Positions 42,601 to 51,824 of a DNA stretch of 64,000 bases are shown here, in pieces. The notes under the pieces were generated by a model, which was given only the letters and a program-made list of their open reading frames with translations, was not told where the DNA came from and did no database searches. How positions within the stretch are numbered: position 1 is the first letter of the stretch; the number at the start of each line of letters is the position of its first letter. Both the position numbers and the translations under genes were made by a program. Source of the stretch: a virus; IMG/VR virus record IMGVR_UViG_3300034072_001149, positions 32,001 to 96,000 of that record. The stretch is one strand, 5' to 3'.

Positions 42601-45600
42601 TTGGTCACAGGGGAAATCCAGGCTTGTTTGTGGATATAAGAGAAGAAGCCGACCGTGGCATCTTCCCAACCAACTTTGATCAAGAGCAAGTTTTGGTACA
42701 AACTCCAGATCTATCCTATATGCCACCCAACGTCACTACTGCTGATGTAAATCTAGTGAGAGTGGGAAGGGTAGGAAACTTCTGTGCTCAGACGATAGTT
42801 GAGTGGGAATGGGTAAGAGCTAGTGATGGTCAGATCTTTACCGGCCAAGTCACTTATATGCGCCCAAGTGACTATGATTCTTCTAGAGATCAGACTGAAG
42901 CATATCTACAAACTATCAGAGTTCCAGTCTTGGACGAAGATGTAGTGGGTGGTAGTGAGGGAACGCTTACTATAAAAACCAACGGAGTTCAGACTGATAG
43001 CCAAACTCTGAGATTTGAACGATCCACTAGTGCCCGTTTGAATTTTGTGGATCTTACTCGCGTTGGAACTTATGAGTTTGATCGCGTGAATTTCTCAGTA
43101 TTCCCCTGGGATTCTGCGCTTGCTGGTGACAATCGTGACATGATAGCCACTCTATTCAATTCAGGCCTGAACGGTTCGGTTAGAATTGAGGTTGATTATC
43201 ACTACATGAAGGGCTTTGAGCTAACTGAAACCATCAATGGAAACGTGGTCCCAGTTATCGCTTCTTCTGATGGTGGAACAGCCAATATCTTCACATGGGT
43301 CAAGACTCGTTATCCACTTCTAAATGGTATTCCTGAGAATCTGTTTGAAGTTGGCGATCTGATTGAAGTAGATTCGGCTCATGATAACCCTGGATACTGG
43401 GCAGTCTATGCTCGAACCACAAATGGCTGGGAACAGACAAGACGTCAGAACCGCAAGGTAGACAGTAGTCTGATAACCAATGCTGCTATATTCAACAACA
43501 AGGAAAATCAGCTCAAGCTCGTCCTGCAACTCTATGACCCATACAAAGGCTTTATCCCTGGTGTTGCTGATCGTGAATTGACCTATAAGACTTTCAACGA
43601 TCCTGCCACATACAATGATGGTCGTTTGATCTGGGGCAAGGAGCAAGTAGGCCAGCTTTGGTGGGATCTAAGTGCGGTTCGCTACCTTGATTATGAAATC
43701 TATGACAAGTGGAACGGCACTGACCATGAAGGTGTAACCTATCGTTGGAAGAACTGGGGTAGAGTCGCTCCCAACTCTAGCGTTGATATCTACCAGTGGG
43801 TCAGAAGCCCAGTGGCCCCTAACGGATGGGCTGACTATGTTGAAAGTAAGGCAAACCTAAAAATTGATAATAAGCCTTCTGGCACTGTTTCTGAAGACAC
43901 CAGGTTTATAACAGACATGGAGTGGAATGACGAAATTCAGGCAGATGAAACTGTTTATTATTTCTGGGTTAAGAATCCTACGGTAGTGCCAACTCTGGCT
44001 TCTAGGAAACTTTCAGCACAGCAGGTAAGCAATATTCTTACCAACCCTACTTCTAATGATATTCCGTTCTTTGCGGTAATAGATACCAACAAATGTATTG
44101 TTGGTGGAATCAAGCAGTTTCTAAATGAAACAGATACTGTCTTGAAGATCAAATGGCTCAAAGAAGCTGATGTCCACAACAACCATCACAAACAGTGGAT
44201 GCTTCTTCGCGAACAAGATGAGCGTAACACCATAAACGATACTCTCTGGAATAAGATGAGAGATAGCATTGTGGGCTGGGACGCTACTCAGAAGTCGGTC
44301 CCAGATGAAAAGCTTCCAAGGAATCAGCAAATTGGTGCCCTAGTGCGCCCTCGTCAGAGCTGGTATCCGGCTGACCTTACTGATCTTGGACAGCGACCAA
44401 GCCGCGCGGCACGCGCTGCCTTTGTTGATGCTTTTAATGACATCATGAGCAAACAGCCATTTATTGACCAGTGGTTTGGTTGGGAAGAAGTGTTTGATAA
44501 CGGTGAGGAACTTCCTTCAGCCGATCGTTATGTCACCACTGCTCTCGATCTTATTGATTTGAGAAACCTATTACCGGCAACTCGAAATATGGTCCAAGTC
44601 GGCGAATGTGTTTTGATTGAAAACACAATGGAAGTTGCCGGCTTCTGGACCCTCTGGAGATTGGCTGAGATAAACGGTCAGCGAACGTTTGTCATTGAAG
44701 ATTTCCAAAAGTGGAGAATGCAGGAGGGTGAGCTTTGGAATCTTGCTAACTGGTATGCTGAGGGCTGGAGCGCAAGCAACTTCCCCAACTATCGTTTTGC
44801 TACCTATGCTGATCGTGACGCTGCTGGTAACCTAGATGTTACCTTGCTCAAAGGAACACTGGTCCAAGTTGATGTCCAAAGTCCAACCGATGATCGCTGG
44901 TCGTGGGATGTTTATACCTCTACTTCAAAGTATCAGGTAGCCAAGGCACGATCCACGATGCGATTAACTGATGCGTTCTACGAAAAGTCCAGGGTTGAAT
45001 TTGGACCAGTTCAGGTTAATAGCTTGCTCACTGCTAGTGATGATAATCGTATCACACCAGACCGCATTCAGGAACTTGCTGATCTTGTCAACTTCCGAGA
45101 TGGTTCAAGAGAAATCGAGTTTATCCTGAATACTATGAGAACCAAGTTGTTCGATTCTCTTCAGAAGAATAGCTTGTTCTTTGCTATGGTAAAAAGCGCA
45201 TTCAAGCAGAGCATCAATATCGACTGGGCTTTTAAGACTTCGTTCTTGTATCTCGGTGGTTACTCAGAGAATCTAAGACAAAGTCCGGTGGCTTTCAAAG
45301 ATCAGATTGATAATGTGATTGCTTATCTGGAAGAAGTCAAACCCTACCATGTTAAGATTCGTGAATACGTTCGCCGTTTGAGCTATGGTCCAGACCTAGC
45401 TGACCTGGCTATGACAGATTTTGACAAGCCAGTATATCCTTCGGGAGTTTCAAATCGCGTTCTTGATGTAAACAATACGGTGGATCGCTCGATCATGGAA
45501 GTTAATCGTCCATGGCGAGACTGGTTTGAGAATTATCTCAATGAAAACAGAGATCTAAGTAATTGGGACGCCAATTGGAATGGTGTTCGAAGAATGAAGG

Positions 45601-47009
45601 TCAAAGTTAAATTTGATCGTATCTCTTGTGGAACTATAAGAGGTTGGGATACCTCTCCTTGGGATCCTGCTCTACTGGTTTATAGTCAGCTTGGTAGTGA
45701 AACGCAGAGCTTGAGTCAGCTCAGCGCTCTGTATAGAACTGGATCTACATCTGGATACAATTTCTATCGAGACCAAACGGTAGAAACAATAGAAGAACGA
45801 AACCTATTGGTGCGCCGAAATATCGTGACGTCTAACCGTCCAGGTACCATTGTTACCGTTCTACAGACCAGGGAAAACTTTATGTGGTCTGGTAGCGAAT
45901 GGATCAAGTTTGAATCTCTTGGATGGGATCAAGATCCAGATATGGGAACGGCTTCTAGAATTGAAGCGTCTTATAGACCTGAACCTGGAATGAAGAGGCG
46001 CGATGATCCTGGTTTGATCGCTGGCTGTGAATTTGACGGAACAGTGATTACCGATAGCTTCCAGGCAGACGAGTGGGATATCTTTGAATGGGACTCGACT
46101 GGTTATAGTCAGGGTCTACGTGAAAGATCTGGTGTAGACCAGGAAAGTCTAGATGGTAATACAACACCAGCAGACGAAGCAGATCCTGCATACATTGGCA
46201 CAACTGGTAATGAATTTAGTCAACCGGCGGTGAATGGTAATCGTCCTCATGAATTGGTTCAAATCAGAGGTGTTGAGAGTATTGTGGTCAATGTTTCTAG
46301 AAACAATGGACCCTATCAGAAGTCGTTTATGAACCATAAGGGAGATTGGCAGGATATGTTGGTATCTGGTCCGGTGTTGACCTTTGTTTCTTGGGACCAA
46401 CCAAGCCATAAACTTACTGTTAGTGTGCCATCTTGGACCGAAGACGCACAGGGCTTTACTCCTCTTCATGACCCTCAGAACCCGTCTACGGGCTTTGTAA
46501 GGGATGTTATGGCTAGCAAGGCATATCGTTCGACTAGCAACGTTGATATGACGACTGCTGGAACAAAAACCTTCAAGCTGAGAAACTTGAATGAAGTGGA
46601 TGGTATTCCAGCTGGTCTACGCGGTGACAACATCAAGGTTGCGGTTGTCAATTCCAAGAACCCATCAGTTAGAGCCATTGGAACTCTTTCAAACTCCAAG
46701 GGAGATGAAAAGAACTGGGATGGTAACCTAGTAGTGACCTTTGACACTGATGGATTTGTTGATCTAGGGACAGGCAAGAGCTGGAACATAATCCCTGTTG
46801 ATATATTCAACACCCCTGGGATTATTTGGGTTGGCGATGCTAGATTCACCTATAACAGTCTAACAGTCAATGGTACCACTGTTGAACTAAACGAGGTCTT
46901 CCTATCAGGAAATACATTGGCTCCGCTGGATATCAGCGAAACTGGTGTAACACTGGCTAAGACAAGTCCTGTTTTTGATGGTTCAAAACAGCGTCAAATG
47001 GCTGGATAA
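36609..47009 (+). CDS. Giant baseplate/virion structural protein (gp7-position wedge protein), 3466 aa
   Basis: Uninterrupted 10.4-kb ORF coupled to the gp6-like gene; YLEEVKPYHVKIRE motif. Confidence 0.8.
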   Translation: MAKNTRNNPFAFTPIVLDQDSHEKRRVIRQLPAVHQTETLQKFFGSSVDHLFDPGKGKPINGYVGQKPLWYEPNQDYYLEESTDDRNFYQLEPSMVSKNSEGELTDLLPYPDLINQLRFQGALVNNHNRLFSQDFYTWCPPIDLDKIVNFRQYVWLPSDASEINDNAIILKGPTVTYNSTGSDTVYSLPGFETGGNVDLQNYYDTSVLTSDLIIAEVDGEPKSFTYTTGQTTITFDQRPPADATVSISVYSDLENNAIGLSRANPDAFGGVSLSSGMRVIILKDKNSDFNPADVFIVEGVGQSIFLLNEKDYVGGSQSDYMVMARGATNRNEWSTGNRWFHVSTLPTNLDPDFVLRQRAKRPIIEFNRDLELHNYGLRRRLDVDLVIEDIEDLNGFLNQSPQSATFSGIQVSCVANNQINVSATNPVTNLPYGNVDSIRVLVRNTVNPLLNNNILVLVNQGNVLKLILETDGENPSGEPVVGEVVKILLGFYAGKNLNWDGANWVLSQNKGDVNQYPLFELYDLNGNNLADPVLYPNSNFAGSRLFSYKEDRSGLRPSDPILDMPLVYDNKGQILFENYLSTEKYQYVVAGRFLDIEGFYFHKVGNIDPSQETLSNDWHKAPQKTRQFMVDRYVSDGRTKLFQISQDALEISVSRGRVNSDNSFEQTVLVEDSDFIRVDRQIFILNIQLGDIIEIRTFNPANPPADAKGFYEVPLNLQANPDNSEVSDMTKGDFFDHFSEIMKRQEGFEGAEYSTNNYRDTAKLPNLGTNIIQHSAGLLKTMLLASQSQLDITSAIRFVESEYARFKDKFQQKILSYSINNRIGNAATYDTWINTALTELNKGKTKSFPFYLSGMAKNGTNQLPTFIPPTPSYLGVYPLYTPEIISQEVDGADDVWFVRGHDGSLTQGQNETVARVMLALEQRIFDSVPAPIRERERPVCDFQTSYGDQYRSNDYSYEEYLQILRPSFERWAVSFRLDPRENDLSQDTLEAKINLKANPWTWNWSSARTQTGEKVPGNWRGIYEKFFGTQRPDLTPWESLGFSIKPEWWDDRYGPAPYTSENLVLWEDLERGYIHDGDRKGINQEWARPGLRDYMPVDARGRLRHPGPRDLIALNDVTIDTDLAYASDPLMWEDTRDDGVLGCGICTTVPLVQERKADWEWGDIGPVEQTWRRTSNFAFAVATASYLMKPASFVEMGWNTQDMSLFFKGTMSEQYLNQDTKGRPAHRELQVHGEVLEDFSLVTKVGIQQWISDFLTSRNTAINSNLAERVRGLGAQLSYKIAGFTDSTTLGVVSDAFGRVPSEDVTVALFRSPSVREETYSGVAIEYTGRGYEVFGYDVLNPYFPTLPPAVNGGKISVGDGLGSVSIPTWRPTTYFSVGITVRFQDNFYRAVRTHTSATFFEDEFWTQVSRPQFADGTALIWYTEGEIEPVVEKIAYGTVFKDPQEVADFLNGYERYLESKGWIFENVGEDESEVRDWKSALKSFITWSNAEARVAGDFISLSPASRLIQFATDQGTIQPIEQIVNGLYAIVDQNGQPIDNQVTRVVRNDGNVSITCDNSTSGIFGLRLYISEMEHVLVFNNTTIFGDTIYSPLLNIKQPRLRLQGFKTVAWKGRIDAPGFIITGDTLTPNFERSADDFRRFFDIESMENKKLQDRARANFGYEEKEYLNNLLLTPTNQFEFYQGMIQQKGSPTSMRRLLRSNFIRHNKGLQLFEEWAFRVGDYGGQEVSPQLDILIRQSEFKHNPQMIQFSNVQSPNSFGIIDVVDENVGQDNRTLDERWQWRPDMQNINWPLADFGQGDAPLPTAGYVNLSEVRFTVATNSAFENFFGEQEATADPIQDGDRVWVYGIGSGDPSSAWMTYRFTDTNYDMVNSFVPSHADQGLVIQVQNDLQGIVDINTDPTQTPVFVAQNLVSNEVDDNGLTISGERLILRDIVGSDINPLATYIPKVFNRASVTLDSTTGSETFVMGLYPEAKQIIRKIRVIIDEAFDEGSTLQIGHRGNPGLFVDIREEADRGIFPTNFDQEQVLVQTPDLSYMPPNVTTADVNLVRVGRVGNFCAQTIVEWEWVRASDGQIFTGQVTYMRPSDYDSSRDQTEAYLQTIRVPVLDEDVVGGSEGTLTIKTNGVQTDSQTLRFERSTSARLNFVDLTRVGTYEFDRVNFSVFPWDSALAGDNRDMIATLFNSGLNGSVRIEVDYHYMKGFELTETINGNVVPVIASSDGGTANIFTWVKTRYPLLNGIPENLFEVGDLIEVDSAHDNPGYWAVYARTTNGWEQTRRQNRKVDSSLITNAAIFNNKENQLKLVLQLYDPYKGFIPGVADRELTYKTFNDPATYNDGRLIWGKEQVGQLWWDLSAVRYLDYEIYDKWNGTDHEGVTYRWKNWGRVAPNSSVDIYQWVRSPVAPNGWADYVESKANLKIDNKPSGTVSEDTRFITDMEWNDEIQADETVYYFWVKNPTVVPTLASRKLSAQQVSNILTNPTSNDIPFFAVIDTNKCIVGGIKQFLNETDTVLKIKWLKEADVHNNHHKQWMLLREQDERNTINDTLWNKMRDSIVGWDATQKSVPDEKLPRNQQIGALVRPRQSWYPADLTDLGQRPSRAARAAFVDAFNDIMSKQPFIDQWFGWEEVFDNGEELPSADRYVTTALDLIDLRNLLPATRNMVQVGECVLIENTMEVAGFWTLWRLAEINGQRTFVIEDFQKWRMQEGELWNLANWYAEGWSASNFPNYRFATYADRDAAGNLDVTLLKGTLVQVDVQSPTDDRWSWDVYTSTSKYQVAKARSTMRLTDAFYEKSRVEFGPVQVNSLLTASDDNRITPDRIQELADLVNFRDGSREIEFILNTMRTKLFDSLQKNSLFFAMVKSAFKQSINIDWAFKTSFLYLGGYSENLRQSPVAFKDQIDNVIAYLEEVKPYHVKIREYVRRLSYGPDLADLAMTDFDKPVYPSGVSNRVLDVNNTVDRSIMEVNRPWRDWFENYLNENRDLSNWDANWNGVRRMKVKVKFDRISCGTIRGWDTSPWDPALLVYSQLGSETQSLSQLSALYRTGSTSGYNFYRDQTVETIEERNLLVRRNIVTSNRPGTIVTVLQTRENFMWSGSEWIKFESLGWDQDPDMGTASRIEASYRPEPGMKRRDDPGLIAGCEFDGTVITDSFQADEWDIFEWDSTGYSQGLRERSGVDQESLDGNTTPADEADPAYIGTTGNEFSQPAVNGNRPHELVQIRGVESIVVNVSRNNGPYQKSFMNHKGDWQDMLVSGPVLTFVSWDQPSHKLTVSVPSWTEDAQGFTPLHDPQNPSTGFVRDVMASKAYRSTSNVDMTTAGTKTFKLRNLNEVDGIPAGLRGDNIKVAVVNSKNPSVRAIGTLSNSKGDEKNWDGNLVVTFDTDGFVDLGTGKSWNIIPVDIFNTPGIIWVGDARFTYNSLTVNGTTVELNEVFLSGNTLAPLDISETGVTLAKTSPVFDGSKQRQMAG

Positions 47010-47037
47010 ATACATATATAATAGGAGTGAATAAGCC

Positions 47038-47601
47038 ATGAGTGAAGATTTCCAGGATAGTGCGGTTCCCAAGATTACAGGTCACGTCCTTATTCGTGAT
47101 CCTGAGAATGGGCAGGTTCTTTTGGATAAGCGAAACGCTATTCACTACGAGAATATGAGTCTTGCGATTGGTTATGCTCTGGCTAACCGAGGCGAAGGCA
47201 TCATCTATTCTATGGCATTTGGCAATGGTGGCTCGGCTGTTAGTGGAACTGGTGCTATTACCTATTTCCCAACTAACACAGTGGATCCCAAAGCAGACCT
47301 CTATGATCCAACATACAATAAGCTAATAGACGGAAGCTCTGCTAATTTCCTGGATGTCAAACATATCCTGAGCACGCCTTATACAGATATCGTTGTCACA
47401 TGTACGCTTGATTATAATGAACCAAGTGGTCAGGAAGCTTTCGATGATGCTACCAACCAAGACGGCACCTTTGTCTTTGATGAGCTAGGACTCAAGACCA
47501 GTGAAGGGTTACTTCTTACTCATGTGATTTTTAACCCAATTCAAAAGGCACTGAATCGTCTTATTGAAGTGGTTTATACCCTACGAATCCAGATGTCCTA
47601 A
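47038..47601 (+). CDS. Baseplate/virion structural protein
   Basis: NAIHYENMS, FVFDELGL and HVIFNPIQK motifs; late promoter upstream. Confidence 0.75.
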   Translation: MSEDFQDSAVPKITGHVLIRDPENGQVLLDKRNAIHYENMSLAIGYALANRGEGIIYSMAFGNGGSAVSGTGAITYFPTNTVDPKADLYDPTYNKLIDGSSANFLDVKHILSTPYTDIVVTCTLDYNEPSGQEAFDDATNQDGTFVFDELGLKTSEGLLLTHVIFNPIQKALNRLIEVVYTLRIQMS

Positions 47602-47650
47602 TATTGGTAGTTTATAGGGCACTAAATATTCGAGATTCCAAGGAGAAGTC

Positions 47651-48778
47651 ATGAGCTATAGAGTAACCAAAGCAGATGGTAGAAGTGTCATAGTCCAAGA
47701 TTTGGCCAAAGAAATCGTCGGCGGCCTCACTCTGCTGGGTTATGGCTTCACCAACTATGGTGATGAAATCGCTCAGAACTTCGTGAAGAACCTAGAAAAC
47801 AATGCTGGTCTGGCAGAGCCACAGAATCCAGTTATTGGTCAATTTTGGTTTCAGCTACCTCTTGATTTAGCAACACAGAATAAAAACCTCAGGGTTTGTG
47901 TTTCAACTGATGCTACCACACTTGATGGTCGTTGGCGTATTTTATTCGGAATCCGTCCTGATGGAACTATTGATCTAGACGCATGGACGCTAAGAGGTAA
48001 AGCACCAGCGTCTATAGACGGTAGCTCAAACCAGTCTGGCATGCCAGTAGTTCTGAACAACAATGGCAAAATCCCTACTCAGTATATTGATTTCCCATCA
48101 GTTGGGTCAGTTGATGTTGCGACTAGACTAAGAGACACTAGGGTTTTTGGATCAAGGAATGGTGGTTTACCATTCAATGGAACCCAAGATGTTCCTCTTA
48201 CAACGTCCCATATTTCTGAAGGTGATCAACCTTACTTTACCCCACAACGCGCCCGTGAATCGTTTGTAGGTGGTAGGTATATTGCCATTGATAGCGATGG
48301 CACAATTCGTTTTACCGGTCCTGACCCCACCAGTGGAAGCACTGGAGGAACTGGTCCTCAAGGCCCTGCAGGTCCACAAGGGCCAACAGGACCGGCTGGG
48401 CCGGCTGGGCCAGCTGGACCACAAGGGCCAACAGGACCGGCGGGACAATGGGACGGAACCGTTGGCTTCGACAAGAGTTTTGAAGAAAATGGATATCAAA
48501 GATTACCAAGCGGGCTTTGGATCCAGTGGGGTATTTTTACTTGGTTCAGCAACATCAGAGGCGGTCCGGTCTATTACAATTATCCCATTGCGTTCCCCAA
48601 CGGAGCATGGCATGTTTATCTTTCTATCCGAGATAATCCAAACGGCTCAGGTGACCGCAATGAAGAGGATGATGAGCAGATCTGGGCTATTCCTCATTCC
48701 GCTACACAATTCGTAGTTTACGACACCGGTGATGACCATCAGACTTATCCGTGTTCGTGGCTTGCTATAGGATACTAA
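47651..48778 (+). CDS. Tail fibre protein with collagen-like repeats
   Basis: L.LLG..NYG..AQNF N-terminus; Gly-X-Y run; C-terminal [15 protein letters not shown]...WLAIGY. Confidence 0.85.
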   Translation: MSYRVTKADGRSVIVQDLAKEIVGGLTLLGYGFTNYGDEIAQNFVKNLENNAGLAEPQNPVIGQFWFQLPLDLATQNKNLRVCVSTDATTLDGRWRILFGIRPDGTIDLDAWTLRGKAPASIDGSSNQSGMPVVLNNNGKIPTQYIDFPSVGSVDVATRLRDTRVFGSRNGGLPFNGTQDVPLTTSHISEGDQPYFTPQRARESFVGGRYIAIDSDGTIRFTGPDPTSGSTGGTGPQGPAGPQGPTGPAGPAGPAGPQGPTGPAGQWDGTVGFDKSFEENGYQRLPSGLWIQWGIFTWFSNIRGGPVYYNYPIAFPNGAWHVYLSIRDNPNGSGDRNEEDDEQIWAIPHSATQFVVYDTGDDHQTYPCSWLAIGY

Positions 48779-48779
48779 T

Positions 48780-49172
48780 ATGACTTACTTCTACAGTCCA
48801 GAAACCAAAGGTTTCTATAATTCCAATATCCATAGTTCTATGCCTTCTGATGTTTTTGAAATTTCAGATGAACAATATAGAACTTTGCTTGAAGGTCAAA
48901 GTCTGGGTAAGACGATCGTCTACAAGTCCAGAAAGCTTCAGTTGGTTGATTTCGTTGCTCCTCCTCTGACGTGGGATCAGATTCGACAGACTAGAGACTC
49001 AAAACTTGCTGCCTGTGATTGGACCCAGATGCCAGACAATCAGCTTTCAGAAGAAAGCAAAGAGGATTGGAGACTTTATAGACAGTCTCTTCGCGATGTT
49101 ACTCAGAATTTTTCTGAACCCGATGACGTTGTTTGGCCAATGGCTCCCAATGCTACGCCTATTGAGGAGTAA
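48780..49172 (+). CDS. Tail fibre assembly chaperone
   Basis: YFYSPETKGFY, RDSKLAACDWTQ and YRQSLRD...WP motifs. Confidence 0.85.
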   Translation: MTYFYSPETKGFYNSNIHSSMPSDVFEISDEQYRTLLEGQSLGKTIVYKSRKLQLVDFVAPPLTWDQIRQTRDSKLAACDWTQMPDNQLSEESKEDWRLYRQSLRDVTQNFSEPDDVVWPMAPNATPIEE

Positions 49173-49174
49173 GC

Positions 49175-50500
49175 ATGAGCTATACTGTAAACAAAAGCAA
49201 TGGCGATATTGCCTCAGTTGTAAATGATTTCAGAAAAGAGATCATAGGCGGTCTCAATATCTTGGGATATGGCTATGTGAACTTTGGTGAAGATATTGCT
49301 GAAAACTTTGTCAAGATATCTGAAAATTTCCGCAGTGATTCGCCACCATACGGGTATGTTGCTGGTCAAATCTGGCTGGATACTAATATTGGTCGAAGCC
49401 CTTTTCCAGTTCTACGAATGGCGTCTAGAGATGCCGCAAATCTGGATCCGATCAATTTTACACAATCATTCGTCCCAGATGACTGGATTGGATTGTTCGC
49501 TGTAGATGTTCAAAACGGAAGAGCCGGTTTGTTCCATGAAGGTTCGCCCACTTTCCCTGATCTAGACCCAACTCCAGGAAGTCTAGTAGTAAGAGGCACC
49601 GATGGAAAAATTCCATTATCAAGTCTACCCGATGGTCTTGGTAGTGATGCTGAAAATGCGATATCGGCACAGACGGCCGGGCGTCTGAATCCAGGAGCCA
49701 ATATCAATGGGAACCTGTTCACTGGTCAAAATGACATAACCATTACTACGGCTCAGATTCCAGAATCAAATAACCTCTATTACACGGATAGCAGAGTTAG
49801 AATGGCCCTGAGTGGCGGCCGATATATTTCGGTTAATACCGCAACTGGTGAAATCGCATTTACTGGTCCTGAACCATCAAGCGGCGGCACTGGAGGTGAT
49901 GGCGCCGCCGGTCCACCAGGACCTCAAGGCCCAGTGGGTCCACAAGGCCCTGCTGGTCCCAAAGGTGATACTGGTAACACTGGTCCTGCTGGCCCAGCTG
50001 GCCCTGCAGGAACAGCCGCTGATGTTATCGTTGGCTCTGTCTATCAACAAGGCGCAGGTTACGTCATTTACAACGGCGGATTCACTGTCCAATGGGGAAG
50101 TAATAGAGAATCTTTTACAGGCGAAAGAATTTCATCAGTAACGTTCCCAATTGCTTTTTCTACAGCATTCCAGGTAGTAGCCACACCATATTTGGCTTTC
50201 TTTAACCGAAATGCAGACTTATGGCTTCAGATTTTAGGCGATCCATCTCCTACTGGTTTTTCAATCCAAACTCAGCAAGATGGTAACAGTGATAACTTCA
50301 TGGCCGGGTACAACTGGATAGCTTATGGTATGATCACACAGACTGCCCCAGCATCAGGCTCCGGTTCGGGGTCGGGTGGTAGCACTCCACCAACGGATAC
50401 TACCCCACCGACTGATACTACGCCTCCACCTGACACTAATCCGCCTCCCGGAGGAGGCGGTGGTGGCAACTTTGGCGATCCACCTACCCAATTTGTATAA
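49175..50500 (+). CDS. Second tail fibre protein with collagen repeats and Pro/Thr-rich tail
   Basis: Paralog of 47651..48778; GFTVQWG...WIAYG; TPPTD repeats. Confidence 0.85.
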   Translation: MSYTVNKSNGDIASVVNDFRKEIIGGLNILGYGYVNFGEDIAENFVKISENFRSDSPPYGYVAGQIWLDTNIGRSPFPVLRMASRDAANLDPINFTQSFVPDDWIGLFAVDVQNGRAGLFHEGSPTFPDLDPTPGSLVVRGTDGKIPLSSLPDGLGSDAENAISAQTAGRLNPGANINGNLFTGQNDITITTAQIPESNNLYYTDSRVRMALSGGRYISVNTATGEIAFTGPEPSSGGTGGDGAAGPPGPQGPVGPQGPAGPKGDTGNTGPAGPAGPAGTAADVIVGSVYQQGAGYVIYNGGFTVQWGSNRESFTGERISSVTFPIAFSTAFQVVATPYLAFFNRNADLWLQILGDPSPTGFSIQTQQDGNSDNFMAGYNWIAYGMITQTAPASGSGSGSGGSTPPTDTTPPTDTTPPPDTNPPPGGGGGGNFGDPPTQFV

Positions 50501-50503
50501 AAG

Positions 50504-50530
50504 AAAAAGCCCCAGGAGACTGGGGCTTTT
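50504..50530. terminator. Bidirectional terminator
   Basis: AAAAGCCCCAG-GAGA-CTGGGGCTTTT. Confidence 0.8.
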
Positions 50531-50552
50531 CCTTCTGTAGATTTCTACAGGC

Positions 50553-51488
50553 TTAAAGCTTGAACGTATTCTTGAATTCAATCAATTCACGCTTGCTCAT
50601 ACGGAAATGGTCTAGGAACTCAGCTTCCGTGTCAAACTGTGACGTGATGTGATCGTATGCTTCCTTGAAGCTAAGATCGAATTCGTTACTGCGATGGATT
50701 AGGGCCTGCATTAGTTCTACTTCCATACCACTCAGAGACTTGGAATCTCTAATATAGTCTTCATAGGCCTCACAAGCCGCAGGGAAAAGAGGCTTGATCA
50801 GAGCGTAGATCGCACGAGCAAATTCCTGAATTTCCCACTGCGCATGACTGTCCTCACGAAGCTTTAGCATGTGGAACAGATTGTGGAGATTCTGCTTCCA
50901 GTAGAGTTCGGTGTAACCAGCTACTGGCATGACAATACGAGCTAGTTCTCGAGCAACACCCTCCTCGGGAAAATCAGCTGAGAAACCCATAGAGTTGCCA
51001 TCTGCCTCATTGAGCAAAGCCTTGTAGACTTCATGAGAGTGAGATGTAGCATTCTGAATGATAAGCTGAGCGTTTTTCGCATCAGATTCGCTAAGAGTGC
51101 CGTCGCGCCCCTGTTTATTCATCTTGCTCTGTGGGAGGATATTGGCAACGTTTGGAACGTACATCTCATCAGTTAGAACTGAATAACGGCCCGAATATTC
51201 ATTCAAACTTGACGTGCGATGACGAACAAGCTGGCGCATAACAAAAATAGGAAGCTTTAGATGTAGCTTGACTTCACACATCTCAAGGGGACTGGTGTGC
51301 TTGTGTCGCACCAAATAGCGGATGAGTCCTCGGTCTTCACGAACACTCTTGGTGCCGTTACCATATGAAACTCGTGCCGCACTGACAATAGCCGCGTCAT
51401 CCCCCATATGGTCAACCAGACCTACAAAGCCATGGTCTAAAACTGGAAGATAACGATCATTGCCCTGAACGTCGGATTGAAGGGTCAT
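50553..51488 (-). CDS. thyX: Flavin-dependent thymidylate synthase
   Basis: AARVSY, HTSPLE, RHRTSSLNEYSGRY and HAQWEI motifs. Confidence 0.95.
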   Translation of the reverse strand: MTLQSDVQGNDRYLPVLDHGFVGLVDHMGDDAAIVSAARVSYGNGTKSVREDRGLIRYLVRHKHTSPLEMCEVKLHLKLPIFVMRQLVRHRTSSLNEYSGRYSVLTDEMYVPNVANILPQSKMNKQGRDGTLSESDAKNAQLIIQNATSHSHEVYKALLNEADGNSMGFSADFPEEGVARELARIVMPVAGYTELYWKQNLHNLFHMLKLREDSHAQWEIQEFARAIYALIKPLFPAACEAYEDYIRDSKSLSGMEVELMQALIHRSNEFDLSFKEAYDHITSQFDTEAEFLDHFRMSKRELIEFKNTFKL

Positions 51489-51548
51489 TATACACTCCTG
51501 GTAAAATCTGGGTTGAGCCTTTGCTCACTCTCAACCCAGATTATACTA

Positions 51549-51824
51549 TCAGAGTGCTATATCTTTCAATATGATTTCAGAGAAATGTCTAATGGTTTCT
51601 TTAACCTCAGAAAGGTTTAGAATCAAACCAATTTCTGCAATTCCTTGATCTTCAAAGCTATCATCGTCGAGCATAATCTCTTCGAGTTCTTCGCGAGAGA
51701 TGATGTGGACTTCATCATCAAAATCAGTAACACATGCCGCCGATACAAATTCAGCAGGAACATGGTATGGTTCAATTTCGCTTAGGATCTTATCTAGAAG
51801 ATCCTCAAACTCCTGTGTCGCCAT
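51549..51824 (-). CDS. Hypothetical acidic protein
   Basis: AGGAG SD before ATG 51824. Confidence 0.65.
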   Translation of the reverse strand: MATQEFEDLLDKILSEIEPYHVPAEFVSAACVTDFDDEVHIISREELEEIMLDDDSFEDQGIAEIGLILNLSEVKETIRHFSEIILKDIAL

